The notes beneath the pieces are model-generated. The model was not told where the DNA came from and did not search any database. It was given only the letters and a program-made list of their open reading frames with translations. A stretch of DNA of 64,000 nt from a bacterium (lineage in GTDB: Bacteria > Zhuqueibacterota > Zhuqueibacteria > Residuimicrobiales > Krinioviventaceae). The stretch is from NCBI GenBank assembly GCA_963675755.2, contig CAXXMD010000002.1:2176001-2240000 (forward strand), written 5' to 3'. Shown piece by piece: positions 1 to 10,751 of the stretch (position 1 is the first letter of the stretch; each line of letters starts with the position of its first letter). Made by a program: the position numbers and the translations under genes.

Positions 1-2
1 TA

Positions 3-1001
3 CAATTTTCTCCAACCGTACAGTACTGGAGCTATGACGAAGCCAAAGATTTTACCCAGGTTTCCTTTCCCGTGTATGCCTATTTGCCCATCAACAATAA
101 TACGTCTATTAATTTGCGCACAGGACAGGCAAATGTATCGGGTAGCAGTATAACCAATCTTGCCGGTATGACAGATACACAGCTTGGCGTATCCTATCAT
201 TATCAGGATTGGAACACTGTTTTCACCATGGGCTTGAACCTGCCAAGCGGCAAGAGACAACTCACCCTGGATGAGTACATGACCTCTTTTCTGATGAGTT
301 ACAACTATTTCAATCTTCAGGTACCCAATTTCGGACAGGGGCTGAATGTAGCACCGGGTGTAAACTGGGCGTATGAATTGAATGAAAAGATTATTCTGGG
401 TGCTGCCGCCAGCTTTCAGCTAAAAGGAGGCTTTAAACCCATAGACGGCATGGAAGATGACTATCAACCGGGAAATGAAATTACTGCCTCCGCGGGCATG
501 GATTATAATTTTTCAGAAACCCAAATTTTATCTACGGATATAGTTTACACAACTTATGGCAGTGACAAATACGCTGGAAATGAGATTTTTGCATCTGGAG
601 ACAAGATCATTGTCAATCTCTTCTATCAACAATTCATGGATTTTAATCATCTTTCCGTTCACTTTCGCTATCGCAGTAAAGCCAAAAACGATATTGCCGT
701 AGCAGGTGAAATGGTCACTGAAAGCGAAAAGTCCATACCGGACCAGTTTGAACTGATCGGACGATTTAGACAACGTTTGACACAGGAATTCCACCTCGGA
801 TATCTGGCACAATACCGGCATTTTCTGGGAACCAGTACCCTTTATAGTGTAAATCTGGCAGGATTAGGTATTGAACCGGAATATCGCATATCTCCCCGAA
901 TGCTGCTCACAAGCAAAGTTCGGGTCAATATTGGTGGTTATTCAAATGGAAAAAGTATGACAGGATTCATGTTTACCGCAGGAATGCGATACAATTTTTA
1001 A
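3..1001 (+). CDS. Outer-membrane beta-barrel protein (5'-truncated by window edge)
   Basis: Frame is open from nt 3 (QFSPTVQYWSYDE...); amphipathic strands; C-terminal ...AGMRYNF aromatic BAM signature. Confidence 0.7.
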   Translation, partial: QFSPTVQYWSYDEAKDFTQVSFPVYAYLPINNNTSINLRTGQANVSGSSITNLAGMTDTQLGVSYHYQDWNTVFTMGLNLPSGKRQLTLDEYMTSFLMSYNYFNLQVPNFGQGLNVAPGVNWAYELNEKIILGAAASFQLKGGFKPIDGMEDDYQPGNEITASAGMDYNFSETQILSTDIVYTTYGSDKYAGNEIFASGDKIIVNLFYQQFMDFNHLSVHFRYRSKAKNDIAVAGEMVTESEKSIPDQFELIGRFRQRLTQEFHLGYLAQYRHFLGTSTLYSVNLAGLGIEPEYRISPRMLLTSKVRVNIGGYSNGKSMTGFMFTAGMRYNF

Positions 1002-1002
1002 C

Positions 1003-1029
1003 GTAGGGGTGGACCTGTGTGTCCACCCG
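1003..1029. repeat. GTAG-type REP-like palindrome
   Basis: gtaggggtggacctgtgtgtccacccg directly after the stop codon; degenerate partner near 1052-1070. Confidence 0.6.
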
Positions 1030-1077
1030 TTATATATTTTTATTTAAAAAAGCGGGCCTGTAAGTCCACCCAATTTC

Positions 1078-1959
1078 TTACCCAGCAATCAGCAAATTAG
1101 TCCGTTTTACCGCTTCATCAATATGCTCAGTTTTTTCAAATCCAATGGTCATCGCATCAACATTACCGCTGCCCCAGACATATTCCATAGATTTCTGGCG
1201 GTCCGCAATATTAGTAAACTTGCCCATTCCCATTATTTTCATACCAATCACACCAATTCCGCGATCATGTGCTTTTTGGATAATCGGCATTACTTTTTCA
1301 GGAGTATCGTCCATGCGTTCTCCGGTATGATTGATTCGGGTCAAAATCACATCCACCCAGTCACTTTCCGCTGCCGCGTTTAATGCATCAACACTGTGAC
1401 ATGAAACACCATGCGCGCGGATCACACCTTTTTCCTTCGCAGCAGACAAGGTATCTCGCACGCTTTCAAACTCGTTTTGCCAGTCCGCTGAAGTCATGCA
1501 ATGCACAAGCAAGAGGTCAATCCGATCAACGCCCAGTTCCAGTAAAAACCGATCCAGATACTCTTGCGCGTTGGTAAATTGCAGCCAGTCATTATTTTTC
1601 ACCCACAATTTAGACATGATTACAACTTTATCACGGGGTATGTGTTTCTGTAATTCTTTGAAATACTCATGAGAACCATAGATATCGGCAGTATCCCAGA
1701 AATTTATACCTCTGTCATAGGCATGCTGCCCCAGTTTCACAAAACCTTCTTTTCCCAGCTTGGTCTGGTTCGAAACGCGCTTCCAACCCGCGGAACCGGT
1801 CCCCATGGCCAAACGGGACACATGCAAACCGCTTTTTCCCAATACAACCTGACCGACTTTTTCCTGGCTGTTTCCGGCATAAATCGATGAAGCACCTACT
1901 AACGCAGCGCCACCTATAGATTTCTGTATAAACTCACGTCTTGATATACGTTGTACCAT
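1078..1959 (-). CDS. Aldo/keto reductase with Tat signal peptide
   Basis: SRREFI twin-arginine motif; LGKSGLHVSRLAMGT, DTADIYG, SK and VH catalytic residues. Confidence 0.9.
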   Translation of the reverse strand: MVQRISRREFIQKSIGGAALVGASSIYAGNSQEKVGQVVLGKSGLHVSRLAMGTGSAGWKRVSNQTKLGKEGFVKLGQHAYDRGINFWDTADIYGSHEYFKELQKHIPRDKVVIMSKLWVKNNDWLQFTNAQEYLDRFLLELGVDRIDLLLVHCMTSADWQNEFESVRDTLSAAKEKGVIRAHGVSCHSVDALNAAAESDWVDVILTRINHTGERMDDTPEKVMPIIQKAHDRGIGVIGMKIMGMGKFTNIADRQKSMEYVWGSGNVDAMTIGFEKTEHIDEAVKRTNLLIAG

Positions 1960-1969
1960 TCCACTCTCC

Positions 1970-2890
1970 TTACTTTTCCGGCTGTATTAGCGCGTTATAG
2001 GTTTGAGGTCTGCGATTTTTAAATCTGTTTTTAATCCGGTTGGGCTCCATTTTCAATTCAAAGTATACGATTTCATTTGCACCGCCCATGGATTTAATCT
2101 CTCCTCCATTGCTGATCAACAAACTCTGATACGGATTACAATAGATTACCGGAAACCGGTTCTCATAAGCGCGTGTACGCATCAATACGGTATTCCAGCC
2201 ATCTTCATCACTGTAACTGCCATACGCCGGTACAATCAGCGCCTGCGCACCCTGAACAGCCATAATCCGTGCAGGTTCAGGCAATTGTCTGTCATAACAA
2301 ATCACAATCCCTACAATACCAAAGGGTGTATATATTACCGGATATTCATCACTCGCACAATATTCATCCGGATTTATTTCATATCCCTGTGCAAAATGAG
2401 TTTTGGAATAACGACCAATAATATCGCCTTCATCATCAATCATGATAGAGGTATTATACAAGCGGTTACCTGCCCGTTTTTCCAGAAATCCCAATACCAG
2501 AAAAATATCAAGTTCATCTGCCAGTTTACAAGCTTTTTTAATATAGGGACCATCAATCGGTTCTGCAACCTCAATGAATCGTTGGATCTGTTCCTGCCGA
2601 ACAGGTGCAGTCAAATCAGAATTTACTTCATTAATCACGTATCCCTCAAGTACTCCTTCAGGAGTAACTACCAACCTGGCACCACCCTCTATGGCTGCGC
2701 GTTTTACCATACTCTCAATTCGCTGCCAATTGGTCTCTTTTTGCCATTTTTCCGGCAATACTGCAGCGCTGGCAGCGCGTAAACGGGTAATTACCTGTTC
2801 TTTATCTTTATATTTATCTGGCACAAAATTTTGTGCATTACTTGATACAACAGCGAACAGCAACAATAAAGTTAACCATTTGAATCGCAT
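1970..2890 (-). CDS. Carbon-nitrogen hydrolase (nitrilase superfamily), signal peptide
   Basis: Glu-Lys-Cys triad in TPEG / YSKTH / ICYD; RAYEN motif. Confidence 0.88.
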   Translation of the reverse strand: MRFKWLTLLLLFAVVSSNAQNFVPDKYKDKEQVITRLRAASAAVLPEKWQKETNWQRIESMVKRAAIEGGARLVVTPEGVLEGYVINEVNSDLTAPVRQEQIQRFIEVAEPIDGPYIKKACKLADELDIFLVLGFLEKRAGNRLYNTSIMIDDEGDIIGRYSKTHFAQGYEINPDEYCASDEYPVIYTPFGIVGIVICYDRQLPEPARIMAVQGAQALIVPAYGSYSDEDGWNTVLMRTRAYENRFPVIYCNPYQSLLISNGGEIKSMGGANEIVYFELKMEPNRIKNRFKNRRPQTYNALIQPEK

Positions 2891-3287
2891 ATCGTTCTCC
2901 CATAGAATCCATTTATCAATAAATTAATAAATGAATATTATAATCCAACATAATTTTTCAACATGTACTCAACAACTGCAAATCAATACAAGAGTAATGC
3001 TATCCCCAAAATTGACAATACGATTATTTGCCTAGTAATTTAAAATCTCATCCAGATAATTTTTATTTTTTTCAAATGATTGCACGTGGTCCATTTTTTT
3101 AATGCATTAGACAATACAGATACCCATCATAGTCTTTCTCTGTGTTCTCTGTGACTCTGTGGTTAGTTTCTTCTCAATGGAAATTTATATTTAAGGCATT
3201 ACCAAAAGAATTATTTTGTGCTTGTCTGCCTACTGGCGGATGTTTCGTAGGAATTGTATTGAGGAATTTATTAGAGACTATGCAAAC

Positions 3288-4301
3288 TTAGAACCGAAAC
3301 GTTCCCGATATTCGGTGAGTATTGGCAAGATCGTGAGGTATAAAAGCATAATCAATGCTATAGCCTTTGAATCGCAGTCCCGCGCCCGCGGTTACATTTT
3401 CCAGATAATAACCCGCACGTACTGAAAGCATGTTAAAAAATTCAAACTCTGTACCTGCATGATAATCATCATAAAATCCGAATTCCTGATCAGCTGTCAG
3501 GGTAATGCGAGTTCGCAATCCCACCATCAAATGCGATGCCGCAACACCCGCACGGTACAATGTTTGTACCAGGTCCGCATTGTTCGAATCCGTGTTCCAG
3601 GTTATACTGGTCCTTGAGATGTCCTGAGCTGAAAACGCAATACCAAACCACGATTTGGCCATTCCGCGGTAATATTTATCGCTTACTATGCGCAATATGG
3701 CTCCGGCATCCACTCCCTGGCCGCTGCCGCTCTTGTCATCCAGATTGTGTATAATGTATTTTCCTGAAAATCCCATATATAACTCGAGCGGAATTCTGTA
3801 CTGATTCATGCCCACATTGAAATACAGATCAAAATAATCAGCGCGTCCCAAAGTAAACAGGATTGCATTCTCATTGTTGCCGAAAAATCCTTCCGGTTCT
3901 CCATCTGAACGTAACCGGGGATCAGTCAATCGGTCCAATCGGGTGCCTTGCAGTTCACCATAACGGGGAATATCATCTTCGCCGTGCCGCATCCAGCTCA
4001 ATCCCACAGTCATATTCCGGTTTACCGCCATTGAAACATGGGCAGTATTGTATTGTGCCAGTCCGTCAAACATGGGTACATGATCAAAATGTACGGTTAT
4101 ATGTTTTTCATGTGCCAGTCCCGCAGGATTCCAGTAAAACGCAGTTGCGTCACTGGCAAGCGCGGTAAATGCTCCACCCATTGCCATGGGACGGGCGCCA
4201 ACGCCAATCCGCATAAAATCTGCGGCATATTCTCCTGCAAACACACTGCTTATCAGCAGCAAACAAAGAATACCAATATATGTGGGTTTAAATATCTTCA
4301 A
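3288..4301 (-). CDS. PorV/PorQ (UPF0164)-family outer-membrane barrel
   Basis: FMRIGVGARPMAMGGAF...DATAFYWNPAGL motif; C-terminal HRISGTFRF. Confidence 0.8.
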   Translation of the reverse strand: MKIFKPTYIGILCLLLISSVFAGEYAADFMRIGVGARPMAMGGAFTALASDATAFYWNPAGLAHEKHITVHFDHVPMFDGLAQYNTAHVSMAVNRNMTVGLSWMRHGEDDIPRYGELQGTRLDRLTDPRLRSDGEPEGFFGNNENAILFTLGRADYFDLYFNVGMNQYRIPLELYMGFSGKYIIHNLDDKSGSGQGVDAGAILRIVSDKYYRGMAKSWFGIAFSAQDISRTSITWNTDSNNADLVQTLYRAGVAASHLMVGLRTRITLTADQEFGFYDDYHAGTEFEFFNMLSVRAGYYLENVTAGAGLRFKGYSIDYAFIPHDLANTHRISGTFRF

Positions 4302-4309
4302 TTCAATAC

Positions 4310-7300
4310 CTATTTCAACTTGGCCATTTTTTCAATTTGCTCTATACTTTTTTCGCCCTGTTTTGCCCGAATACGTAAATAATACACGCCATTGGCAACC
4401 TCACGGCCCTCTTCATCCAGGCCGTCCCAGTCATGCTCTACATAACCTGAAATATCTACAAATTCAAACGATCGTATCAACCGTCCCGATACGGTATAAA
4501 TATCCAGCTTGACTTCATCGGCTATATCCGCCAGAGTAAATGCAATGACGGTTTCATCCACAAAGGGATTGGGATGATTGGCAATGGATTCCAATCCAAA
4601 CTCGCTGGCAACAGAAAACTGGATCTGTATCGTATTGCTGTTGCCATTCAAATCCGTTGCTTCCACCTGCAAGGTATGATCTCCTGCTGTGAGATCAGGA
4701 ATAAAAGTAGCTGTAACCTGTCGTTTCTGATCGGGATTCTGATACAGTGTCACCTTGTCATCCTCAACAGCCTGGTTATCCAGACTCAGTGTTACCGGTA
4801 TAGTTCCTACATCAAATCCGCTTGAATCCTGTACACTGATCGTAAATACCGGATTCCGGCCAACAACATCGCCATCAGCAAAGTTCTGTCCTTCTACACC
4901 TACCTGTATAGAGGGTGCTTCACCATCTCCGGACCCCATTAAACTAAAAATAGTATATCCCTGGGGCAACTCGCCTACAACAACGTTTTCCTGTGTTTTA
5001 ATTGTGCTTTCCACACCTTTCCAGGTTTGGGTAGCAGGATTCCAAAAATAAATCTTTAATGCGTTCAAAGCGAGATAATAGGCTGTCAGGGAATCCTGAC
5101 TGTCATAATAAACTGCTGTTTCCATAGCCTGCTGCAACTGTATTGTAGTATCCGCAAACGAGATCTGCATTGCAGACCACACCGTGTCACCCGGAGCATT
5201 AACAGGTGCCAAACCGGCCTGGGTTGCGCTGGTTAGCATGGTTTCATCATCATTCATCACAAATTTAACGGATGATGTTTTTGTTAATCCATTACTCGGT
5301 ATCTTTATATAATAACGCCTGCTGTCATCGTACAACTCGCCTTGTGTTCCACTGGTACGGGATACAACACCGGTTACAGATGTTACACGGTTATTTCGCT
5401 CATCCGATTCAGGGACCACTTCAGCTTCATCTACAATACATACAAGCGTGTGCCTTCCAGATGTTGGACTGTTCCATAAAAAGGCGACCTCGGTCTCTCC
5501 TTTTCCATCCAAACCCGCGACATTCAACGTATCACCAATAGCCACACTACTGGTATCGGTTCGTTCGTACAAATTCACTGAAAACGGGCCACAATCCTGA
5601 ATGCCCCTGTTTTTGATTGTTACATATACAAATGTCTGTTGATCGCCATATACTCTGAATGATTCGGAATCTGCATACAGATCCGGTCGATAAGCCACCT
5701 GAATTTCCTTGGTCTCACTGATTTGTTGGATTTGCAGACCGGTTCGGGCATACACATCATAATAAAGCATGGTGCCTTCAGCAAAAGTCAGGGTTGTATC
5801 GATCTTCCAATAACCGGAACTTTGTTCTATCATTCCCAAATAGTTCCAGTTTTCGCTATCATTTGACCAGCGGACCATCATGGAATCTACCTGTCCCAAC
5901 GTGGCAGTAAGATCTGCCCGGTTTATATTTGCAACAATAAAAAACGATTGATTGTGCAAGGGCTGTTCAGGGAATGTATACAGTGCAGAAACATAGGGAC
6001 GCCCTACACTGAACGTTGTATATCCGGCGGCTTCATTGCTGTTGTTGTTAAAATAAGCGCGTACCCGGCCGTTACCGCCATTATCACCCCATGCTTTACG
6101 GACATTTGCATTGAGATTAAGAACAGTACTGTTAAATGCTCCATTCTGCATCGAAATTGTAGATTCTGTCAGCAGAGAATCAAAATCATTATGCACAGAC
6201 AGAGTTACATTACCACTGCTGTATCCGGGAACACTTCCGGAAACCACAAGGTCCTGGTTATCCAGCAGTGTATTGGTAGATAGCTGCACATTGGCCGTAT
6301 TGTCCGGAATGTATAGTGTCAATGCCGGATCACCCAACAGGTTATAACTTTTAACATGGTCCCAGAAACCCTGGGTTTGCTTGATCATCTCCAGTTTCCC
6401 AAGTGTGGAAACCTGACCATAGGTTCTTACATTCTGTTCAAACAACGCAGTAAATATGGCATTATTGAGATAAAAATCTCCCTGCAAAAATGCGCGTCCC
6501 GAAGATCCAAAACTGCCTACAATTCCTTTATCCTGAGCGGCAAGTAATTCTTCCGCAAGAGAAGGAGAATCAGGATTATCAAAATGCCCGATAAAACAGG
6601 TCAGACTGAAAACAAAGGGATATTTATTATGATTTGCTAGTCTTTCAATATCTTCAATTTGGAACAGTTCAGCATCAGAGAAAACTCCGCCACCACCGTG
6701 TCCCACAAAATTGAGTATAGACTGCCCGCTGTTAATATAATTGGCTACATCTTCGGTACTGCCAAAGTGCCGTGACGTATCAATGGTTGCTACCCAATCC
6801 GTTACCATATACCCGGGTATATACTGTTTATATAAATGTCTTGCACTGGCTTCAAAATAAGGTTCCACACCGGTTAACAACAAAAGATGTCTGCGCCATT
6901 CGGCTGGAGTATATTCCGCTTCATGTGCAATTGTTTTCGAGATCATGATCTCAGCTTGTTCGGGTGAATTGACTGGTAAACGTCCCAGGAACAGATCCGG
7001 CAGATCATCATCTCCAATAATAGATGCCAGATAATTGTCGCTCGAACTCATGCCCCAGGTCTGGGTATATTCCATAAATGTGGGGACAAATGAGGGTAAA
7101 TTCTCATCCCGTGCGATTTGCTTGTCCAGCTTGTGGGTGGTATCACCCAATAAAAGTACATACAAAGGCGAAGGTTTTTGCCAGTTTTGATAAGCGTATT
7201 GTAAAAACTTTTTGATTGCACGGGGATCATGCAAGCCATCACTAAAATCATCAAATACATGCTGAATATCTACAACTTTACTGCGCATGCCGTTAGCCGT

Positions 7301-9148
7301 CCGGTGCGCGGCAAGCTCCTGCGCCTGTTCCATAAAATCGGCATGGCTGATGATGATATAATCCGCACCATTACTGCGGCTCAACAAACCGGATTCTGTT
7401 GCTTCGGTGATAGACACTACCGATTTCAGACCTTCTTCTGTAGCAGCATAAAAAGTTTTTGGCGTAGCGTTATTATCTGAAAAATAAAAACTGTATGTAT
7501 CATCAATCCGTCTGGATTTAATATCTGTAATCCGGGTGCCTGTATTGGTAAACAGAAACAGATCAGGACCTGTAAATCCATCAATTCTAAAAATATCACT
7601 GGTTTGGCTACGATTCATAAATACCAGGGAATCGTTCGTGGCTTTTAATTTCTGTTTAAATTCAATATTGACCCAGTTTAAATAGATACGGTCCAGCAAT
7701 ACACCTTCCAGATCGCCCGGCAGATTGAACGAAACCGTATTTCCCGCATCATTGCCACCAAGAAACAATTCGCCCGAATCAAACACATAGGGCTCCTGAT
7801 TGTCCCAGATCACTTCGTCTATAATTTCGTGATTAAATTTGATCAAAATATGATGGTCTGGAGAAACAGATGTATGGGTAAGCCCCTGAAATGCTGCCTG
7901 GATCCTTACAGGACCCGCTTCCGGCATTCCCGGACCGGGAATCTCAATATCATACTCTTGGCCATCTTCCATCAACTGCCACAACCAGTGGTCTTCATCC
8001 TGCAAGGGCATGGATACCAGGCGGTCATATAATAAATCTTTTTCAAGATGAATGGATACCAGACTGGTATTCAGCGTATCCGTTGAATTGGATCCCGATG
8101 CTCCGGTCACTTGCGCAAAGCGTGCTCCGTTACCGCTGCCCCAGGTTAACCAGTATACATTGGTTTCCGAGAAAAGAGATAAATAGGTATCGTCACCGTG
8201 ATTGTGCTCACCAATGAAAAAAATACGGTCTTCTGCATCAAATTCACCATCCGCATCCCCTTCTACGGAAATAGGAACAACCTGGCCGCGATTGTACATG
8301 GTCAACGTAGAAACCGCAATGGTATTCAAGTCCGCACCGGCGTCTGCCAGTTCCTGGCCGGTAATAGCATAAACACCATCCTGTTCAACACCCAGCTTGA
8401 AACGATATGGCGCATTGATAGCTGTAGTTTTGTTTAGCGTGGAATTGTTTACAATTCTGCCCCGCCACTTGCGGCTGGTATCATAATTGGAAAGAATTTG
8501 TTTATATAAATTTTCTATTTTTTCATCATTACCCAGACTTGCCTGGGTTACCGCCAAATCATTCTTTTTACCGCTCGAAGAAAATGTAATCTCTATTGTC
8601 ATAGAACGCGTGATGTGCAACAAGCCCGCATTTTCCTGATATCGCACAGGATGCAGCTCAACCTGTAAAAGTCGCTGTTCTCTGAAAAATCCTTCAACAC
8701 CCAGCATTGTCGATGTTTCAGGATAAAGTGCGGTAGGAATAATCCGCGTCTCATCAAACACGCTCGTTTCCGCATCAGGCCGGGTAACCAGTTCCGGATT
8801 CCGGACCTCACGGGTATCGGTTTGCTCCTGAACAATACGTAAAGTGGGAGTACCTTGTAACGGAATACCTAACGATAATGCAGTTACCGGCAGGCGCGGA
8901 AGCCCCTCTATATCCGTATACGCGCAATCGGAAAAGGAAATTTCACTGTACCAGGTATTTTCTACCTTTTTTTCAATTACATTTATGGAATCAAAAACAA
9001 TATTACAGCGGATTCGATTTGCTGTATTTTCAATGGTTTCCACAGTAATTGCCAGAGATTGGGCAACCAATAAAAACAGCAGCCCAAATATAAGAAATAC
9101 AGTAGGTTGCAGCAACGCAAACTGTGTCGGCTTTTTTAAAATTTGCAT
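4310..9148 (-). CDS. Peptidase C25 (gingipain/PorU-like) with propeptide, CARDB and C-terminal FlgD/T9SS-like domain
   Basis: ADYIII, YVLLLGD, LGRLP, FVGHG (His), LTCFIG (Cys), LLGDP; VPESDERNN (CARDB); NHPNPF...WDGLDEEGREVANGVY. Confidence 0.85.
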   Translation of the reverse strand: MQILKKPTQFALLQPTVFLIFGLLFLLVAQSLAITVETIENTANRIRCNIVFDSINVIEKKVENTWYSEISFSDCAYTDIEGLPRLPVTALSLGIPLQGTPTLRIVQEQTDTREVRNPELVTRPDAETSVFDETRIIPTALYPETSTMLGVEGFFREQRLLQVELHPVRYQENAGLLHITRSMTIEITFSSSGKKNDLAVTQASLGNDEKIENLYKQILSNYDTSRKWRGRIVNNSTLNKTTAINAPYRFKLGVEQDGVYAITGQELADAGADLNTIAVSTLTMYNRGQVVPISVEGDADGEFDAEDRIFFIGEHNHGDDTYLSLFSETNVYWLTWGSGNGARFAQVTGASGSNSTDTLNTSLVSIHLEKDLLYDRLVSMPLQDEDHWLWQLMEDGQEYDIEIPGPGMPEAGPVRIQAAFQGLTHTSVSPDHHILIKFNHEIIDEVIWDNQEPYVFDSGELFLGGNDAGNTVSFNLPGDLEGVLLDRIYLNWVNIEFKQKLKATNDSLVFMNRSQTSDIFRIDGFTGPDLFLFTNTGTRITDIKSRRIDDTYSFYFSDNNATPKTFYAATEEGLKSVVSITEATESGLLSRSNGADYIIISHADFMEQAQELAAHRTANGMRSKVVDIQHVFDDFSDGLHDPRAIKKFLQYAYQNWQKPSPLYVLLLGDTTHKLDKQIARDENLPSFVPTFMEYTQTWGMSSSDNYLASIIGDDDLPDLFLGRLPVNSPEQAEIMISKTIAHEAEYTPAEWRRHLLLLTGVEPYFEASARHLYKQYIPGYMVTDWVATIDTSRHFGSTEDVANYINSGQSILNFVGHGGGGVFSDAELFQIEDIERLANHNKYPFVFSLTCFIGHFDNPDSPSLAEELLAAQDKGIVGSFGSSGRAFLQGDFYLNNAIFTALFEQNVRTYGQVSTLGKLEMIKQTQGFWDHVKSYNLLGDPALTLYIPDNTANVQLSTNTLLDNQDLVVSGSVPGYSSGNVTLSVHNDFDSLLTESTISMQNGAFNSTVLNLNANVRKAWGDNGGNGRVRAYFNNNSNEAAGYTTFSVGRPYVSALYTFPEQPLHNQSFFIVANINRADLTATLGQVDSMMVRWSNDSENWNYLGMIEQSSGYWKIDTTLTFAEGTMLYYDVYARTGLQIQQISETKEIQVAYRPDLYADSESFRVYGDQQTFVYVTIKNRGIQDCGPFSVNLYERTDTSSVAIGDTLNVAGLDGKGETEVAFLWNSPTSGRHTLVCIVDEAEVVPESDERNNRVTSVTGVVSRTSGTQGELYDDSRRYYIKIPSNGLTKTSSVKFVMNDDETMLTSATQAGLAPVNAPGDTVWSAMQISFADTTIQLQQAMETAVYYDSQDSLTAYYLALNALKIYFWNPATQTWKGVESTIKTQENVVVGELPQGYTIFSLMGSGDGEAPSIQVGVEGQNFADGDVVGRNPVFTISVQDSSGFDVGTIPVTLSLDNQAVEDDKVTLYQNPDQKRQVTATFIPDLTAGDHTLQVEATDLNGNSNTIQIQFSVASEFGLESIANHPNPFVDETVIAFTLADIADEVKLDIYTVSGRLIRSFEFVDISGYVEHDWDGLDEEGREVANGVYYLRIRAKQGEKSIEQIEKMAKLK

Positions 9149-9170
9149 AAAATAAAAATTTTTAACGATT

Positions 9171-9449
9171 CTAATTGTCTTCTGATGGATCCTGATTTTG
9201 TTGATTATTAGAAAGCAATTCTAATACCAAATCTGACAATTTGTGAGAATAATATTTCACCCGGGATAATAATTCTTTTTCTTCTTCATCCAGCTTGTCT
9301 TCGACTTCTTCTGATAAAATAGCAAGATACCCCAACAATCCATGAGAAATGGAACGGATCTCATGATTCATCTTTTTTCTGTTTTCATCTTTTGGGCCTG
9401 TTTCATCTTTTTCAACAGGTACTTTTTTCTTGTATTCTAATTCATCCAC
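9171..9449 (-). CDS. Stand-alone HisKA/DHp-like small protein
   Basis: NHEIRSISHGLLGYLAIL...LDEEEKELLSRV...KLSDLVLELL resembles an H-box helix pair; GGAGGTG RBS before a GTG start. Confidence 0.65.
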   Translation of the reverse strand: MDELEYKKKVPVEKDETGPKDENRKKMNHEIRSISHGLLGYLAILSEEVEDKLDEEEKELLSRVKYYSHKLSDLVLELLSNNQQNQDPSEDN

Positions 9450-9503
9450 GTATCATCACCTCCGCCTCCCGGAAAGCACACCTCCCAAAGAAGCCATATA
9501 CAG

Positions 9504-10751
9504 CTAAACATTTCTCTGAACAATTCTGTTCCTGAATTTATCAATTGCATATGCCGCACAGACCATCAACAGAGCGTCTATGGGCAGTCTGAATCTGACT
9601 TTGGAAATAAATACTGCATGTAACAAAGTAAAAAAAACTGCATACAAAATCCACAAATTAAACTGGGATCGCACATCAGCGCCGGAAAAGATATATCCCG
9701 CAATTGCCAGCACAAACAGAGGCCCAACAGTGAACAAACTGGCAAGATTTACCAGCGTATTCGAGTCTGCGTCTGTTTCCGTACTGGGCGATGGCGTCAG
9801 GCGCCAGAACCCCGCGGCCTTTGCAGCGGTTAGCACTACAAAACGTCCAGGCTCGGCTTGAATATATTGCAGCGCCCTGAGACGATAAATCCGTTCTTTG
9901 CCGGTTTCCGTTGTAACAGCATCGATTGCGGATTGCATTTCAGCCGGCATTTCAATATCACTGCCGGTGTTCATGGTTGCGTGTTCGTTATTGCCCAGCC
10001 ACAAATTACGATACCCATTGGTGCTGATGGAAAAAGCACCAATCTGTGCCGAATTTCTTGCCATCCACGGAATTACAACGAGCATGACCGCAAACATTAT
10101 AACAGCAATACGGCTCCATTTTTTAGGCAAAGGACGAATAAACAGGACCATCCAGATCAAAACAGCCGCAAGTATAACTGCACCCGAAGGTCTGATCAAT
10201 GTCAATATACCGAATGAAACTCCACAAATCAGCCATACAATGGGACGTTCATCCTTGACCGATATATGCGCAAGCAAGGTCGCGGTCAGCAGCATTGCAG
10301 TAAACAATGTTGTTGCCAGTACCACTGAAGGCATATACAAATAGTAGGGATAGATTGCAGATAAAGTCGCCGCAATCAGACCGGTTTTAACATCCACAAG
10401 CGTTTTGCCTAAAATATAAACCAGCCATATCATCAACGTGCCCAGCAATACATTCAGCACCTTGAATCCCAAAACCGATTTTATTCCTGTCACTACTCCC
10501 AAAGCCAAAAATGCAGGATACCCCGGCGCTCTGAATGCTGTTGGCACACCCTGTGTGTCCACAAATCCATTGCCCTGGGCAATGGATTGTGCCAGATTCA
10601 GATAATCTTGTTCATCCTCCCAACCGATATGACTGCCGCTATGCACCGCAACACCCAGCCTCAACAAAAAGCCTGCAGCCATCACAATCACCAATAAACG
10701 TCCGGGGTTATGTAACCACTTTTTACTCACTGTATTTGAATATCCCTTCAC
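9504..10751 (-). CDS. GT-C fold glycosyltransferase (ArnT/PMT, GT39/83-like)
   Basis: Polytopic; DEQDY, AFRAPGYPAFLA, IRP, PWMARN, RFRLP motifs; true start may be the GTG near 10730. Confidence 0.8.
   Translation of the reverse strand: MKGYSNTVSKKWLHNPGRLLVIVMAAGFLLRLGVAVHSGSHIGWEDEQDYLNLAQSIAQGNGFVDTQGVPTAFRAPGYPAFLALGVVTGIKSVLGFKVLNVLLGTLMIWLVYILGKTLVDVKTGLIAATLSAIYPYYLYMPSVVLATTLFTAMLLTATLLAHISVKDERPIVWLICGVSFGILTLIRPSGAVILAAVLIWMVLFIRPLPKKWSRIAVIMFAVMLVVIPWMARNSAQIGAFSISTNGYRNLWLGNNEHATMNTGSDIEMPAEMQSAIDAVTTETGKERIYRLRALQYIQAEPGRFVVLTAAKAAGFWRLTPSPSTETDADSNTLVNLASLFTVGPLFVLAIAGYIFSGADVRSQFNLWILYAVFFTLLHAVFISKVRFRLPIDALLMVCAAYAIDKFRNRIVQRNV

Noticed and set aside
2003-2782. 259-aa plus-strand ORF and other long antisense ORFs
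   Set aside because: They lie opposite well-supported genes and show no motifs; treated as shadow ORFs
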